DNA of 64,000 bases, taken from assembly GCA_018648865.1 (NCBI GenBank), contig JABGQH010000011.1, positions 24,842 through 88,841 on the forward strand, read 5' to 3'. This stretch comes from Candidatus Peregrinibacteria bacterium. GTDB taxonomy: Bacteria > Patescibacteriota > Gracilibacteria > Peribacterales > Peribacteraceae. Below the pieces are notes generated by a model. That model searched no databases, was not told the origin of the DNA, and saw only the letters and a program-made list of their open reading frames with translations. Shown piece after piece: positions 7,842 to 17,060 of this stretch. The position numbers were made by a program, and so were the translations under genes. How positions within the stretch are numbered: the first letter of the stretch is position 1; the number at the start of each line of letters is the position of its first letter.

Positions 7842-8850
7842 CAATCCAGTTGATACGTGTATCCCCTTTCCACCATGTCTTCTGTCTTTTGGAGTATTGC
7901 CTAGTTTTCGCGGCAATCTTTTCTGTTAGTTTTTCTAGCGAGATTGGGTCTTCTGCCTTCAAATAAGCCATTATTTCTTTGTATCCATGGCTTTTCATTC
8001 CTGGGTCTAACTCTGTATAACCTAAATCCATTAGAGACTTAACTTCATCTATCCATCCGGATTCAATCATTAATTTTGCACGGCTATTTATTCTATCCAC
8101 TAAATCTGTTCTTTCCCTCCTGACTCCAAATATTAGGATATCTAGTTCTGTCTCTGTTTTATTAGATCCAAGTTCATATTTGTATTCTAAGTCAGATGGA
8201 TTTGATAGTTTTAGAATCTCTAAAGCTCTAACTAATCTTGGCTTATTGTTCTTGTGTAATTTGCTAGCTCTTATTGGGTCTTGATTTAGTAATCTATTAA
8301 ATAGAGTTTCACCATTATCAAGATCATATTCCTTCATCAGCTTATCCCTAAGCTCCTGATCGGTCTCTGGAGCCATACTTAATTCATCTATTATCGAACT
8401 TATATAAAGCATGGATCCACCAACCAAAATTGGAACACCGCCCTTTTTATGTATGGAATCAATAATTTCTTTTGCCTCTGTTTGATACCAACCACTAGTT
8501 GATTCCTGATCCGGCTTGAGCACATCTAACATATGATGCGGAATTTCCTGCATTTGCGTTTCGGTTATCTTGGCAGTACCGATATCCATATGCCGATATA
8601 GCTGTCTAGAGTCTGCATTTACTACCTCTGCTCCTTTTATAGATTTAGCGAGAGTTATAGAGAAATCTGTTTTACCACACGCAGTAGAGCCTAAAACCAC
8701 TATTAATGGTTTTTTAGAGTTACCTAGATGTTCATCTAGAATTGATCCCCAATCAGGATGTGTAGTAGACATAACATGTACATTCTGCCACATTACAAGA
8801 ACATTGCCCACTGACGAAAAACAGCAAAATTTGGTAGTATATACGTACAA
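7834..8850 (-). CDS. miaA: tRNA dimethylallyltransferase
   Basis: P-loop GSTACGKT and typical MiaA body. The true start is more likely the internal Met at 8772 (MSTTHPDW...), which leaves a 112-bp divergent promoter region with clpP. Confidence 0.9.
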   Translation of the reverse strand: MYVYTTKFCCFSSVGNVLVMWQNVHVMSTTHPDWGSILDEHLGNSKKPLIVVLGSTACGKTDFSITLAKSIKGAEVVNADSRQLYRHMDIGTAKITETQMQEIPHHMLDVLKPDQESTSGWYQTEAKEIIDSIHKKGGVPILVGGSMLYISSIIDELSMAPETDQELRDKLMKEYDLDNGETLFNRLLNQDPIRASKLHKNNKPRLVRALEILKLSNPSDLEYKYELGSNKTETELDILIFGVRRERTDLVDRINSRAKLMIESGWIDEVKSLMDLGYTELDPGMKSHGYKEIMAYLKAEDPISLEKLTEKIAAKTRQYSKRQKTWWKGDTRINWIDL

Positions 8851-8884
8851 ATAAATATATTTAATCCGTTATCCTTAATTCAAT

Positions 8885-9535
8885 ATGCATCCAATTATCC
8901 AATCAGTAGCCAAGAACATAAGCAGTGGAGCTTTAACTCCGCAGAATATGTTAATTCCTACAGTTATAGAAAAAACTCAATTTGGAGAACGTGTTTATGA
9001 TATTTACTCTAGATTACTAGAAGAAAGAATCATTTTCCTAGGTACTGCAATTAACGATGAAGTAGCAAATAGTGTAATCGCTCAATTACTGTTCTTGGAA
9101 AAGGAAGATCCAAACAAGGACATAATCATGTACGTTAACTCCCCCGGAGGACAAGTTACTTCCACCATGGCAATGTACGACACAATGCAATACGTACAGC
9201 CAGATATCTCTACAGCCTGTCTAGGTATGGCAGCCAGTGGAGGTGCCATTATTTTAATGGCTGGGGCAAAAGGAAAACGTTTTGCTCTAACACATTCAGA
9301 AATTATGATTCATCAACCACTTGGTGGAGCAGAAGGACAAGCAACAGATATTGCTATCCATGCAGATCACATTATTCAAACCAAGAACTTACTAAATGAA
9401 CTAATCGCCAAACATACTGGTAAAGACTTAGATCAAGTTAAAACAGATACAGAGCGAGACAAGTTCTTGCGTTCAGAAGAAGCTCTAGCGTATGGATTGA
9501 TTGATGAAATTGTTACAAAGCCACCTAAGAAGTAA
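8885..9535 (+). CDS. clpP: ATP-dependent Clp protease proteolytic subunit
   Basis: 216 aa with GMAASGGA (Ser), MIHQP (His) and the overall ClpP pattern. Confidence 0.95.
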   Translation: MHPIIQSVAKNISSGALTPQNMLIPTVIEKTQFGERVYDIYSRLLEERIIFLGTAINDEVANSVIAQLLFLEKEDPNKDIIMYVNSPGGQVTSTMAMYDTMQYVQPDISTACLGMAASGGAIILMAGAKGKRFALTHSEIMIHQPLGGAEGQATDIAIHADHIIQTKNLLNELIAKHTGKDLDQVKTDTERDKFLRSEEALAYGLIDEIVTKPPKK

Positions 9536-9619
9536 GCGGGTTATGAGTTATGAGTTTTGTCGAAAGCCTAAAAGTCAAATGTCAAAAGTCTTTTGACGTT
9601 AAACCTTTGACCTTAGACT

Positions 9620-9660
9620 GTTAACCGGCGGTTTAAAACGCCGGTTAACTTTTAGTTTTA
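9620..9660 (+). terminator. rho-independent terminator after clpP
   Basis: Perfect 11-bp stem GTTAACCGGCG/CGCCGGTTAAC with an 8-nt loop, followed by ttttagtttt. Confidence 0.7.
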
Positions 9661-9686
9661 AAAAAAATGTGGATTTCATCTCTTTA

Positions 9687-10157
9687 TTACTTACTACATT
9701 TTCCATCTGCACATTTTTCTTTGCTGAAGCAAGATGAAACTCTAACAGCAAAGTATCCAACAATCATCCATAGGAAGATTTCCATAATTACAGGTCTAAC
9801 AGCTGCAAGTAATTCTGTAGTAGAAAGTAATGGCTTAACTAGTAATCCGATAGACATAGAACCAAGAGCTATTCCAGCTAGTAATGCTCCAACTTCCATG
9901 AATAAACCGATTGCTATTAGTGCGCCACCAACGATCATGAGTGCAGGTATAATGTAAGCACAAACGAATCCGAGGGGCTCCAAGAATCCCATGTCTCCCA
10001 TAGCCATAGCTTTGAAACCAGTGAAACTAGAGTAGAAAATAAGCCCTACAAGTAGAAGGGAAACACCAAAAGTGACTCTAAGACAAAGCCCATAAGCAGC
10101 TTTGGCAGTTAGTTTGCAACACATAAAAAAAAGGGTAATGAAATATTCACTCACCAT
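9687..10157 (-). CDS. hypothetical small membrane protein
   Basis: 156-aa hydrophobic ORF. The overlapping plus-strand ORF 9667-9957 looks like its antisense shadow. Confidence 0.5.
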   Translation of the reverse strand: MVSEYFITLFFMCCKLTAKAAYGLCLRVTFGVSLLLVGLIFYSSFTGFKAMAMGDMGFLEPLGFVCAYIIPALMIVGGALIAIGLFMEVGALLAGIALGSMSIGLLVKPLLSTTELLAAVRPVIMEIFLWMIVGYFAVRVSSCFSKEKCADGKCSK

Positions 10158-10247
10158 ATTATCTGTTTCCTATAAACGAACAAGCTATTACAAATACTCA
10201 CATGTATTCTGTCCAATCTAAAAAGGAAGAGTTATTATCTAAATACA

Positions 10248-11312
10248 ATGTTTACCCTAAAGGAAAAAACCGAAAAGGCACGCCTAGGAACACTAAAAAC
10301 GCAACATGGAGAAATCCAAACTCCGTTTTTTATGCCAGTTGGTACAGCAGGAGCCATGAAAGGCCTAACCCATGATCAGATACTAGATCTAGGTGCGCAA
10401 ATCCTGTTATGCAATACATATCACCTACATCTACAACCAAGTGAGAAGACAGTAAAAAAAGCAGGTGGCCTGCATGAATTTGTAAATTGGGACAAGCCAA
10501 TCCTTACAGACTCCGGTGGATACCAAGTATTCTCTTTTGGACAAAGTGGCAGAATGAAAATTAAAAAAAATGGAGTGGAGTTCCAAAATCACTTAAATGG
10601 AGACAAGCTTTTTATAGGACCAAAAGAATCAATCCAAATTCAACATGATCTAGGCAGTGACATAATCATGGTCTTTGACCACTGCCCTCCATCCACTGCA
10701 TCTAGACCAGAAATCGAAAAAGCAGTAGAAACAACCTTAAGGTGGGCGAAGGAATGTAAAAAGGTTCACGATAAGTTATGTAAAAAGACAGGCAAGTCCT
10801 CTCTCTTGTTTGGAATAGTCCAAGGAGGCCTAGAACTAGACCTGAGGGAAAAATGCTTACAAGAACTAGTCTCTATAGGTTTTGACGGCTACGCCCTTGG
10901 TGGGCTAGCTGTAGGAGAATCTGAAACTGAACTATTTAGAATAGTTAAAGCAATCGCACCACTAATGCCAGAAGACAAACCTCGTTACTTAATGGGTGTT
11001 GGAATGCCGAATCAATTAAAGAAATGCGTAGGCTACGGAATAGACATGTTCGATTGCGTTTACCCAATGCGCGTTGCTCGGCATGGTTCGATATTATTAA
11101 GCGATGGAACAACAATTAGAATTCAGAATAATAAATTCAAAGAAGCCCACGAACCAATAGATCAAAATTCTAAATCCGAATTTGGCAGAAACCACTCCCG
11201 TAGTTACTTGCATCACCTGTTTAAAGCAAAAGAACGCTTAGCAGATACGATTGCAGCATCCCAGAACCTTAGTGTTATTTTGGAGGTAATGAGGGAGTTG
11301 AGGGAAGAGTAG
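10248..11312 (+). CDS. tgt: tRNA-guanine transglycosylase, with zinc-site ligands substituted
   Basis: Has TPFFMPVGT, TDSGGYQVFS and GVGMPNQL..GIDMFDCVYP. The C-terminal RNHSRSYLHHL aligns to the canonical [17 protein letters not shown] region, but the Cys positions read S, S and G. Confidence 0.9.
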   Translation: MFTLKEKTEKARLGTLKTQHGEIQTPFFMPVGTAGAMKGLTHDQILDLGAQILLCNTYHLHLQPSEKTVKKAGGLHEFVNWDKPILTDSGGYQVFSFGQSGRMKIKKNGVEFQNHLNGDKLFIGPKESIQIQHDLGSDIIMVFDHCPPSTASRPEIEKAVETTLRWAKECKKVHDKLCKKTGKSSLLFGIVQGGLELDLREKCLQELVSIGFDGYALGGLAVGESETELFRIVKAIAPLMPEDKPRYLMGVGMPNQLKKCVGYGIDMFDCVYPMRVARHGSILLSDGTTIRIQNNKFKEAHEPIDQNSKSEFGRNHSRSYLHHLFKAKERLADTIAASQNLSVILEVMRELREE

Positions 11313-11319
11313 AAGAAAT

Positions 11320-11679
11320 TTAAGAATTTTCATTTGCTTCCTCAATCTTTTTAGCGGCAATCTTTTGCTTTTGTATGTATTCTTTTTCTTTAATACATCT
11401 CTCTTCATACAAACTTTGATATAAGGCGAATGCAGATGGTTCCAAGCTCCAAACAGCATTAGCAACATCTACTGGAGATGTGAACCCACCTGATTTTCCA
11501 TTTACCATAATTAGTTTAAGTCCTTCTCTAAGACCCAAAGCATTTTGCATCCATATTTTGACTTGAGCTTTTTGACGCTGTTTTGCGTTTCTACCAATAA
11601 AATACTGCCAAATTGATATACCAACAAATATTAATGAAATTACTGAAGAAATTATTGACCACCAAAATGTAAATGTATT
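11320..11679 (-). CDS. hypothetical single-pass membrane protein
   Basis: The ORF track gives 11320-11799. The start at Met41 (11679) avoids overlap with the divergent KAP NTPase gene. An N-terminal TM helix is followed by a soluble domain. Confidence 0.45.
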   Translation of the reverse strand, partial: NTFTFWWSIISSVISLIFVGISIWQYFIGRNAKQRQKAQVKIWMQNALGLREGLKLIMVNGKSGGFTSPVDVANAVWSLEPSAFALYQSLYEERCIKEKEYIQKQKIAAKKIEEANENS

Positions 11680-11783
11680 CATATGCAAAATAGTAGCACT
11701 TTCAAAGCAAATAGAAAGTTGTTGATTAATAGTTATACATGATAAATACCTGCAAGAAGTTGATTTATTTGATAAAATAAATA

Positions 11784-13019
11784 TTGATGACACATTCATT
11801 AATTAAAGATGAAGAATTGCTTAGGGAAACTTCACAGATACCAGACCTTTTTGATTTAAGTCAAAATATTAAGTGTGTAGAATCTTTGATTGAAAATATC
11901 ACTAAATCATCGACATTAGGGTTTATTGGTAAATTTGGCATCGGGAAAAGCACACTATTACATCAAATACAGAAAGCCGATGATCAATATTTATGGGTAA
12001 ATTTCGATGCATGGAAATATCCGAATAAGGAGGACTTATGGGAAGGTTTGATTCTAGATTTTGCTGAGCAACTTGGGGAAAGAAAGAAAATAAAAAATAA
12101 AATTGATGCAACAGGCAAAAAGAAGAAAGCTCTTGATATTGTAGGAATAATCTCAATGGGATTATCGGGGCTTAGCATCTTTGATAAATTTGTAGAACTA
12201 TTTAAATCATCACCGGCAACAAGAACCTATGAAATGCAAAATATCTTTAAGGGACTAATTGAATCACAGGAAAAAGATATTATATTTATACTTGAAGATA
12301 TTGATAGGTCTGGAGATGGTGGAATTTATTTTTTAGAAACACTACGACAATTTATACACAGCTTGGACTCAAAAAAATTGATAATTGCAATTGTTCCTAT
12401 TGGAAGTATTAATTATGAAAAAAATAATAGCAGCTATTTGAAATGCCTAGATTATGTTGAAAGACTTTCAATAAGTCACAATTCATTTGAAAAGTTTGTA
12501 AATGAAATTTTTAAAGATGAATTATTTGTAGAAAATATATTAGATGAGAGTAAAAGAATAATATTCACAGCTAGTAAAATGAAAACACAAACAGCTTCAT
12601 TTCTAAGAGCCTTATATAAAAGCGAATACAATATAAATATTAGATTGATGAAACAAATTATTAGAAAAGCTGATAAAACTTATCTAGCTCAAATAAAAGA
12701 TGGCCATAAGCCGGATTGGAGAGTTACATTGTGTATAGAGGCAACAAAGAATTCTTTTGCGAAAAAAGGAGATCAGTTTTTTGAAAGAATAAAAAATTCA
12801 AATTCAATACTAGAAAGTAGTATATTTGCAAAGTTTATATCAACAATGATAGAAGACCGTGAATCTATGTACAGCAGTAATGATGATCTAATACAATACA
12901 GAAAGGATATAATCATCGTGCATCAAAATGGTATCAGCTTTCCAGAGTATCCTTATAGATGTGAAATCGATTTTGAAAAAAATGGATATGCAATAAATAG
13001 CTTTTATCTTGAATACTGA
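11784..13019 (+). CDS. KAP family P-loop NTPase
   Basis: Walker A GKFGIGKST, followed by the KAP signature FDAWKYP..EDLWEGLI. A hydrophobic insert is present, and Walker B is IIFILEDIDR. Confidence 0.8.
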   Translation: MMTHSLIKDEELLRETSQIPDLFDLSQNIKCVESLIENITKSSTLGFIGKFGIGKSTLLHQIQKADDQYLWVNFDAWKYPNKEDLWEGLILDFAEQLGERKKIKNKIDATGKKKKALDIVGIISMGLSGLSIFDKFVELFKSSPATRTYEMQNIFKGLIESQEKDIIFILEDIDRSGDGGIYFLETLRQFIHSLDSKKLIIAIVPIGSINYEKNNSSYLKCLDYVERLSISHNSFEKFVNEIFKDELFVENILDESKRIIFTASKMKTQTASFLRALYKSEYNINIRLMKQIIRKADKTYLAQIKDGHKPDWRVTLCIEATKNSFAKKGDQFFERIKNSNSILESSIFAKFISTMIEDRESMYSSNDDLIQYRKDIIIVHQNGISFPEYPYRCEIDFEKNGYAINSFYLEY

Positions 13020-13056
13020 AAACCCCTAACAATATTAATAGTGTAGGCAAAGAGAA

Positions 13057-13124
13057 CATAGAAACCAAAACATAAAAGGAGTAGAATTATATGCATGGAA
13101 AAAGTCTGGTTCATATCGCATGTA
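13057..13124 (+). repeat. 68-bp direct repeat, copy 1 (flanks the beta-helix gene)
   Basis: About 90 percent identical to 15971-16038. Carries AAGGAG plus a conserved short-ORF start, MEKVW(F/L)(I/M)SHV. Confidence 0.85.
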
Positions 13125-13365
13125 CAATTACTGACTCAAAAGGCTATTGATGATGAATGGATGTTCGTTATGGAAACGATGATGTAATAACAATACTTGA
13201 TCTTTGCTATGTAATGTGAAAATGTAACTGGTTCCGCAGTCTGGTTGTTTTCTGAACTCTTTAATTTATCCACTTCTCTGAAAAAGTCCCCCACCACTCT
13301 ACTCACTATATCTTCTTAGTAGTAAATGGATGAAGTTTATTACAAATGGAGTAAGCATCGATTAC

Positions 13366-15624
13366 TTACTGACACGTCCATTTGAATCGTTTATCTAATC
13401 GTCGATTAATACGTTCTAGCATCTTATCGACTCCTCTAAACCATTTCATAACACGACTACAGATACGTTCTTGCTGCCAAGTTTCGTACTGCTGTTCTGG
13501 TGCTACAGCATGCGTTTGATTAGTAACACTTGGCTGTAGAGCAAATCGTTCACGAATCATATTGCCTGCCATCTCTATACGGTTGCGCATACTTTCAATA
13601 CTGCCACGATGACCGCCTCTAGTTGTTGCTGTGAAGCTAGCTAAGGTATAAATAGATGAGGCAATAGCAGATGGTGCAGAATTACCATAGCCATTATAGG
13701 CAATAGCATATCTGCCCATATATTGAGTATATTCTGTCAAACCTGTTTCGTCTAAAAATGTCAGGTCCGCTATAGCTGAGGATGAAACTAATGTGTCTGT
13801 GCTATCATAAAGTCTGAATCCTGTTTCGTCGTCTGCGTTGTCTGTAAAATTCCAGCGTATTGATGTGCTTGACTGGGCAGATGGAGTATCGATAGTTGGC
13901 GCTTGGGGAACGGGGTAAATATATGCTCCGATCTCCCAGCCTGATCCACGAAGGTCCTGGTCAGCAGTAGTTACTGAATCAGACCAAGTGGAGCCTGGAA
14001 CGAGTGCGTGGTCGTAGGAAGAGCCGAGATCCACTCCTGCGTCTATAGCAGAAGAGGTGGATTGAAGAGTGAAATTACTAGTTGCAATATTAGTAAAAAC
14101 TGGATTAGTCGTAATACTACCTGCGCCAGCAGAAGCGTTATTTAATGGAGCAGTAAATTGATTATAATAATCATTATAATCAATGTTTAACGTTGTACTT
14201 TCTGCTGATGCATTATTAATAGCATACCTTCCACCAACAAAAATATTATTTTTTATTCCCTGCGTTTCCGTTACAGAAATGTCTATAAATAGTAGGTCTG
14301 TAGTAGGTGATTCCTTATTTAAAACAACTGTATTATTATACAAGTTGAGAACTGCGTCACCAGACAACCACATAAGGTACCTACCAACAATATCGTCATT
14401 GGCCTCAATGATATTATTGTATGCGGTTATTACAGAATCGTCGATGCTATGAATTTGGAATTTAAGATTATCGTGAATATAATTATTCTTAACTATTGCC
14501 GTTGCTGATTCGTGAAATGCAACTCCATCACCATGCCCGTCAATTCCATCAATCCCGTTTTCGTATATCTCAGAATTTTCAATAATCAAATTATCTACTA
14601 CGCCGTATGTATTGATTCCATCATTTGTGTTATTGTAAATATCAACGCCTGAAATTGTAATATCTGTGAAAGTGCTACCTGCTAGCGGATGCAGGCGTAT
14701 CCCATTTGCTCCACTTGAGATATCCCCATTATCGTAATAAGAACCCCCACTAATAACTATATTTTGTTGCGTAACTCCTGGAATAGGCACAAAAGAAACT
14801 GCACTGCCAATATTATTATACATATCAACGTTTGTCAGATAAAGCCCATTAATATCTGATCTAAAATGTGCGCCAAAACTTGATGAATCGTGTATAGAAC
14901 TATTAGATATCGTTAAATTGGATATTGTTCCTGAATACAAGTGAAATGGATATCCTGCGGAACATATAAAAGAACTATTATCAATCACACCCGTAATTGT
15001 CACATCACCATCATCTATTTTAAATGCATCGCTATTTCCACCGTCGATGTTCACTCCCGACATATTCAGGGTCACTACTAAAGCTGTCAAACCAGACAAA
15101 ACTAAACCCCTACTAGCTCCAGTCAAATCGACATCCGTCATGTTTAACGTATAAGCTCCTTCCCCGTAGACCCTAGCCGCATACCCCACAGACGTACGAA
15201 CGTCTAAATTATTAAAAACTGCACCAACATCATTCGTCCTAATATCAAGAGCCATCGTAACATCAAAACTTAATATTGGTTTATCGCCAGCCCCAAAGGC
15301 ATCATATGTGTGTCCTGCCTTAGCTTCAAAATCGCCTGTGCCTGTGTGGGTTTGCCCTCTCCTGAAATAAATCGTATTAATACCAGCAGAAACACTTATT
15401 TCAATATCATCCATAGAATTGTATCCTTGAAAAGATCCAGAACCGCAGGCGAAGGTCGTCGGGTCATAATCTGCACAATCCACTATAGTATTATCAACAT
15501 AATAAGTTGCTGCACTCACGGCCTCTGGCAATACGAAAAACAAAAATCCTACACAAAATATCAAATGCGCTAATCGAAATATACATTTTTTAACTGCCAT
15601 GCAATTAATTACATTAATCATCAT
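13366..15624 (-). CDS. secreted right-handed parallel beta-helix repeat protein with a fibronectin type III-like domain
   Basis: Signal peptide ...VLPEAVSA. Repeated PbH1-like segments (IYNNTNDGINTYG, IYENGIDGIDGHGDGVAFHE, NNYIHDN). FN3-like segment SIRWNFTDNADDETGFRLYD. Confidence 0.8.
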   Translation of the reverse strand: MMINVINCMAVKKCIFRLAHLIFCVGFLFFVLPEAVSAATYYVDNTIVDCADYDPTTFACGSGSFQGYNSMDDIEISVSAGINTIYFRRGQTHTGTGDFEAKAGHTYDAFGAGDKPILSFDVTMALDIRTNDVGAVFNNLDVRTSVGYAARVYGEGAYTLNMTDVDLTGASRGLVLSGLTALVVTLNMSGVNIDGGNSDAFKIDDGDVTITGVIDNSSFICSAGYPFHLYSGTISNLTISNSSIHDSSSFGAHFRSDINGLYLTNVDMYNNIGSAVSFVPIPGVTQQNIVISGGSYYDNGDISSGANGIRLHPLAGSTFTDITISGVDIYNNTNDGINTYGVVDNLIIENSEIYENGIDGIDGHGDGVAFHESATAIVKNNYIHDNLKFQIHSIDDSVITAYNNIIEANDDIVGRYLMWLSGDAVLNLYNNTVVLNKESPTTDLLFIDISVTETQGIKNNIFVGGRYAINNASAESTTLNIDYNDYYNQFTAPLNNASAGAGSITTNPVFTNIATSNFTLQSTSSAIDAGVDLGSSYDHALVPGSTWSDSVTTADQDLRGSGWEIGAYIYPVPQAPTIDTPSAQSSTSIRWNFTDNADDETGFRLYDSTDTLVSSSAIADLTFLDETGLTEYTQYMGRYAIAYNGYGNSAPSAIASSIYTLASFTATTRGGHRGSIESMRNRIEMAGNMIRERFALQPSVTNQTHAVAPEQQYETWQQERICSRVMKWFRGVDKMLERINRRLDKRFKWTCQ

Positions 15625-15970
15625 CTACTAGATATTACTACTAGATTTCAATAAAATCTAGCAACAGAGATTCAAATAATTTCTGATATTTCAGATATAA
15701 TTGTTTCACAGCTACATAATTATTTTTTACATAGACTCATAAACAATAATGATATTTATTCAATAGAAAAGACTGTGTCTTTCTTGGATAAAGTCTCTTT
15801 TGAGTATTTGCCAATCCTTCCAACGGGCACATACATTCTTGCAGGGTTATTAGCTCAAGTACCAGTTGTTGTTGATATAGGAAAAATGAAGAAGAATTTG
15901 AGCCTTACAACAAAACAATGACTTTACTAGAAAATTGGAGAGATAAAGAAGCGAATGAGTAATAGAAGAG

Positions 15971-16038
15971 CATAGAAACCAAAACGTTTAAGGAGTAGAA
16001 TTATCTGCATGGAAAAAGTCTGGCTCATGTCTCATGTA
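15971..16038 (+). repeat. 68-bp direct repeat, copy 2
   Basis: See 13057-13124. Confidence 0.85.
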
Positions 16039-16054
16039 GATATATTCAAAATCC

Positions 16055-16267
16055 TCAACCCTCGCACCCTCCTCTAATCCTGTCACATTCTGCCAAGATT
16101 TCTTCTGCATCTGGAAGAATACCTAGTCGTTCGACACAATTGCGAATAGCGCTTGTGGCAGCACCAATATCCAAAGCATAAGAAACTTTTTCTTCTGGTG
16201 TAATATCTTTTGCTTCTAGAATTATAGCCAATGAAACGTGATTTCTTCTTTGTATGCTATTAGTCAT
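16055..16267 (-). CDS. small protein, paralog 1 of a duplicated pair
   Basis: 70 aa. Shares MTNSIQRR.H.S, DIT, LDIG and the C-terminal ECDRIR.GCE with 16763-16969. About 85 bp of upstream sequence is also duplicated. Confidence 0.6.
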   Translation of the reverse strand: MTNSIQRRNHVSLAIILEAKDITPEEKVSYALDIGAATSAIRNCVERLGILPDAEEILAECDRIRGGCEG

Positions 16268-16360
16268 AATAAGTGGAATATATAATTGTTATCACTTAAA
16301 GCAAGGATTGTATTAAGTAATTTAAAAAAGCCCTCACGACACTAGATGCAACAACTCAAA

Positions 16361-16648
16361 TTACGACTCATTTTCTTCTAAAACCTCTTTGATTAACTCT
16401 CTAACGGATTTGCCCTTTCCTACCTCCTTTAACATTTCGTCTGTTATTCCATAAAACGCTCTAGAATATTTTGGGCATTCTATAAACTCAGGACCAAACT
16501 TAAGACCTACCCTAGAACTTAAAGAAGATATTCCAATACACGGTTCATTGCCACTAGGAAGATCTTTATAGTCTGCTGCGCATTTTGATCTGCATCCATC
16601 TTTAGCAATAATTAATGGACAAGCCTTTGGTTCTGGAAATTCATTCAT
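16361..16648 (-). CDS. hypothetical Cys-containing small protein
   Basis: 95-aa ORF with five Cys in the first 60 residues, located between the two paralogs. Confidence 0.5.
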   Translation of the reverse strand: MNEFPEPKACPLIIAKDGCRSKCAADYKDLPSGNEPCIGISSLSSRVGLKFGPEFIECPKYSRAFYGITDEMLKEVGKGKSVRELIKEVLEENES

Positions 16649-16762
16649 CGATGATAATATATACTATATTATATTTATGTCAATATATTAGATCAGCAAG
16701 ATAAGCGTCTTCTGAACTGAATAAGACTTATCAAGTAATATTTAGATAGACAAAAACCAAAC

Positions 16763-16969
16763 CTACTCACACCCTTCTCTAATCCTGTCACATTCTTCGA
16801 AGACTCCTGTTGCATCTAGAACAACTAGTTTACCAATATGATCGCAGATGCAATATATGCCATCACCAATATCTAAAACATTAGAATCCTTTTGCCCTGC
16901 TGTAATATCTGTAGCCTGTAAAGTATCTGCCGATGAAATGTGATCTCTTCTTTGTATGCTATTAGTCAT
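16763..16969 (-). CDS. small protein, paralog 2 of a duplicated pair
   Basis: 68 aa. See 16055-16267. Confidence 0.6.
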   Translation of the reverse strand: MTNSIQRRDHISSADTLQATDITAGQKDSNVLDIGDGIYCICDHIGKLVVLDATGVFEECDRIREGCE

Positions 16970-17060
16970 AATAAGTGGAATATATAATTATTATCTTATA
17001 AAGCAAGAATTGCTTTAGGGAATTAAAAAAGCCCTCACGATGTGAATCGTAAAACAATGA

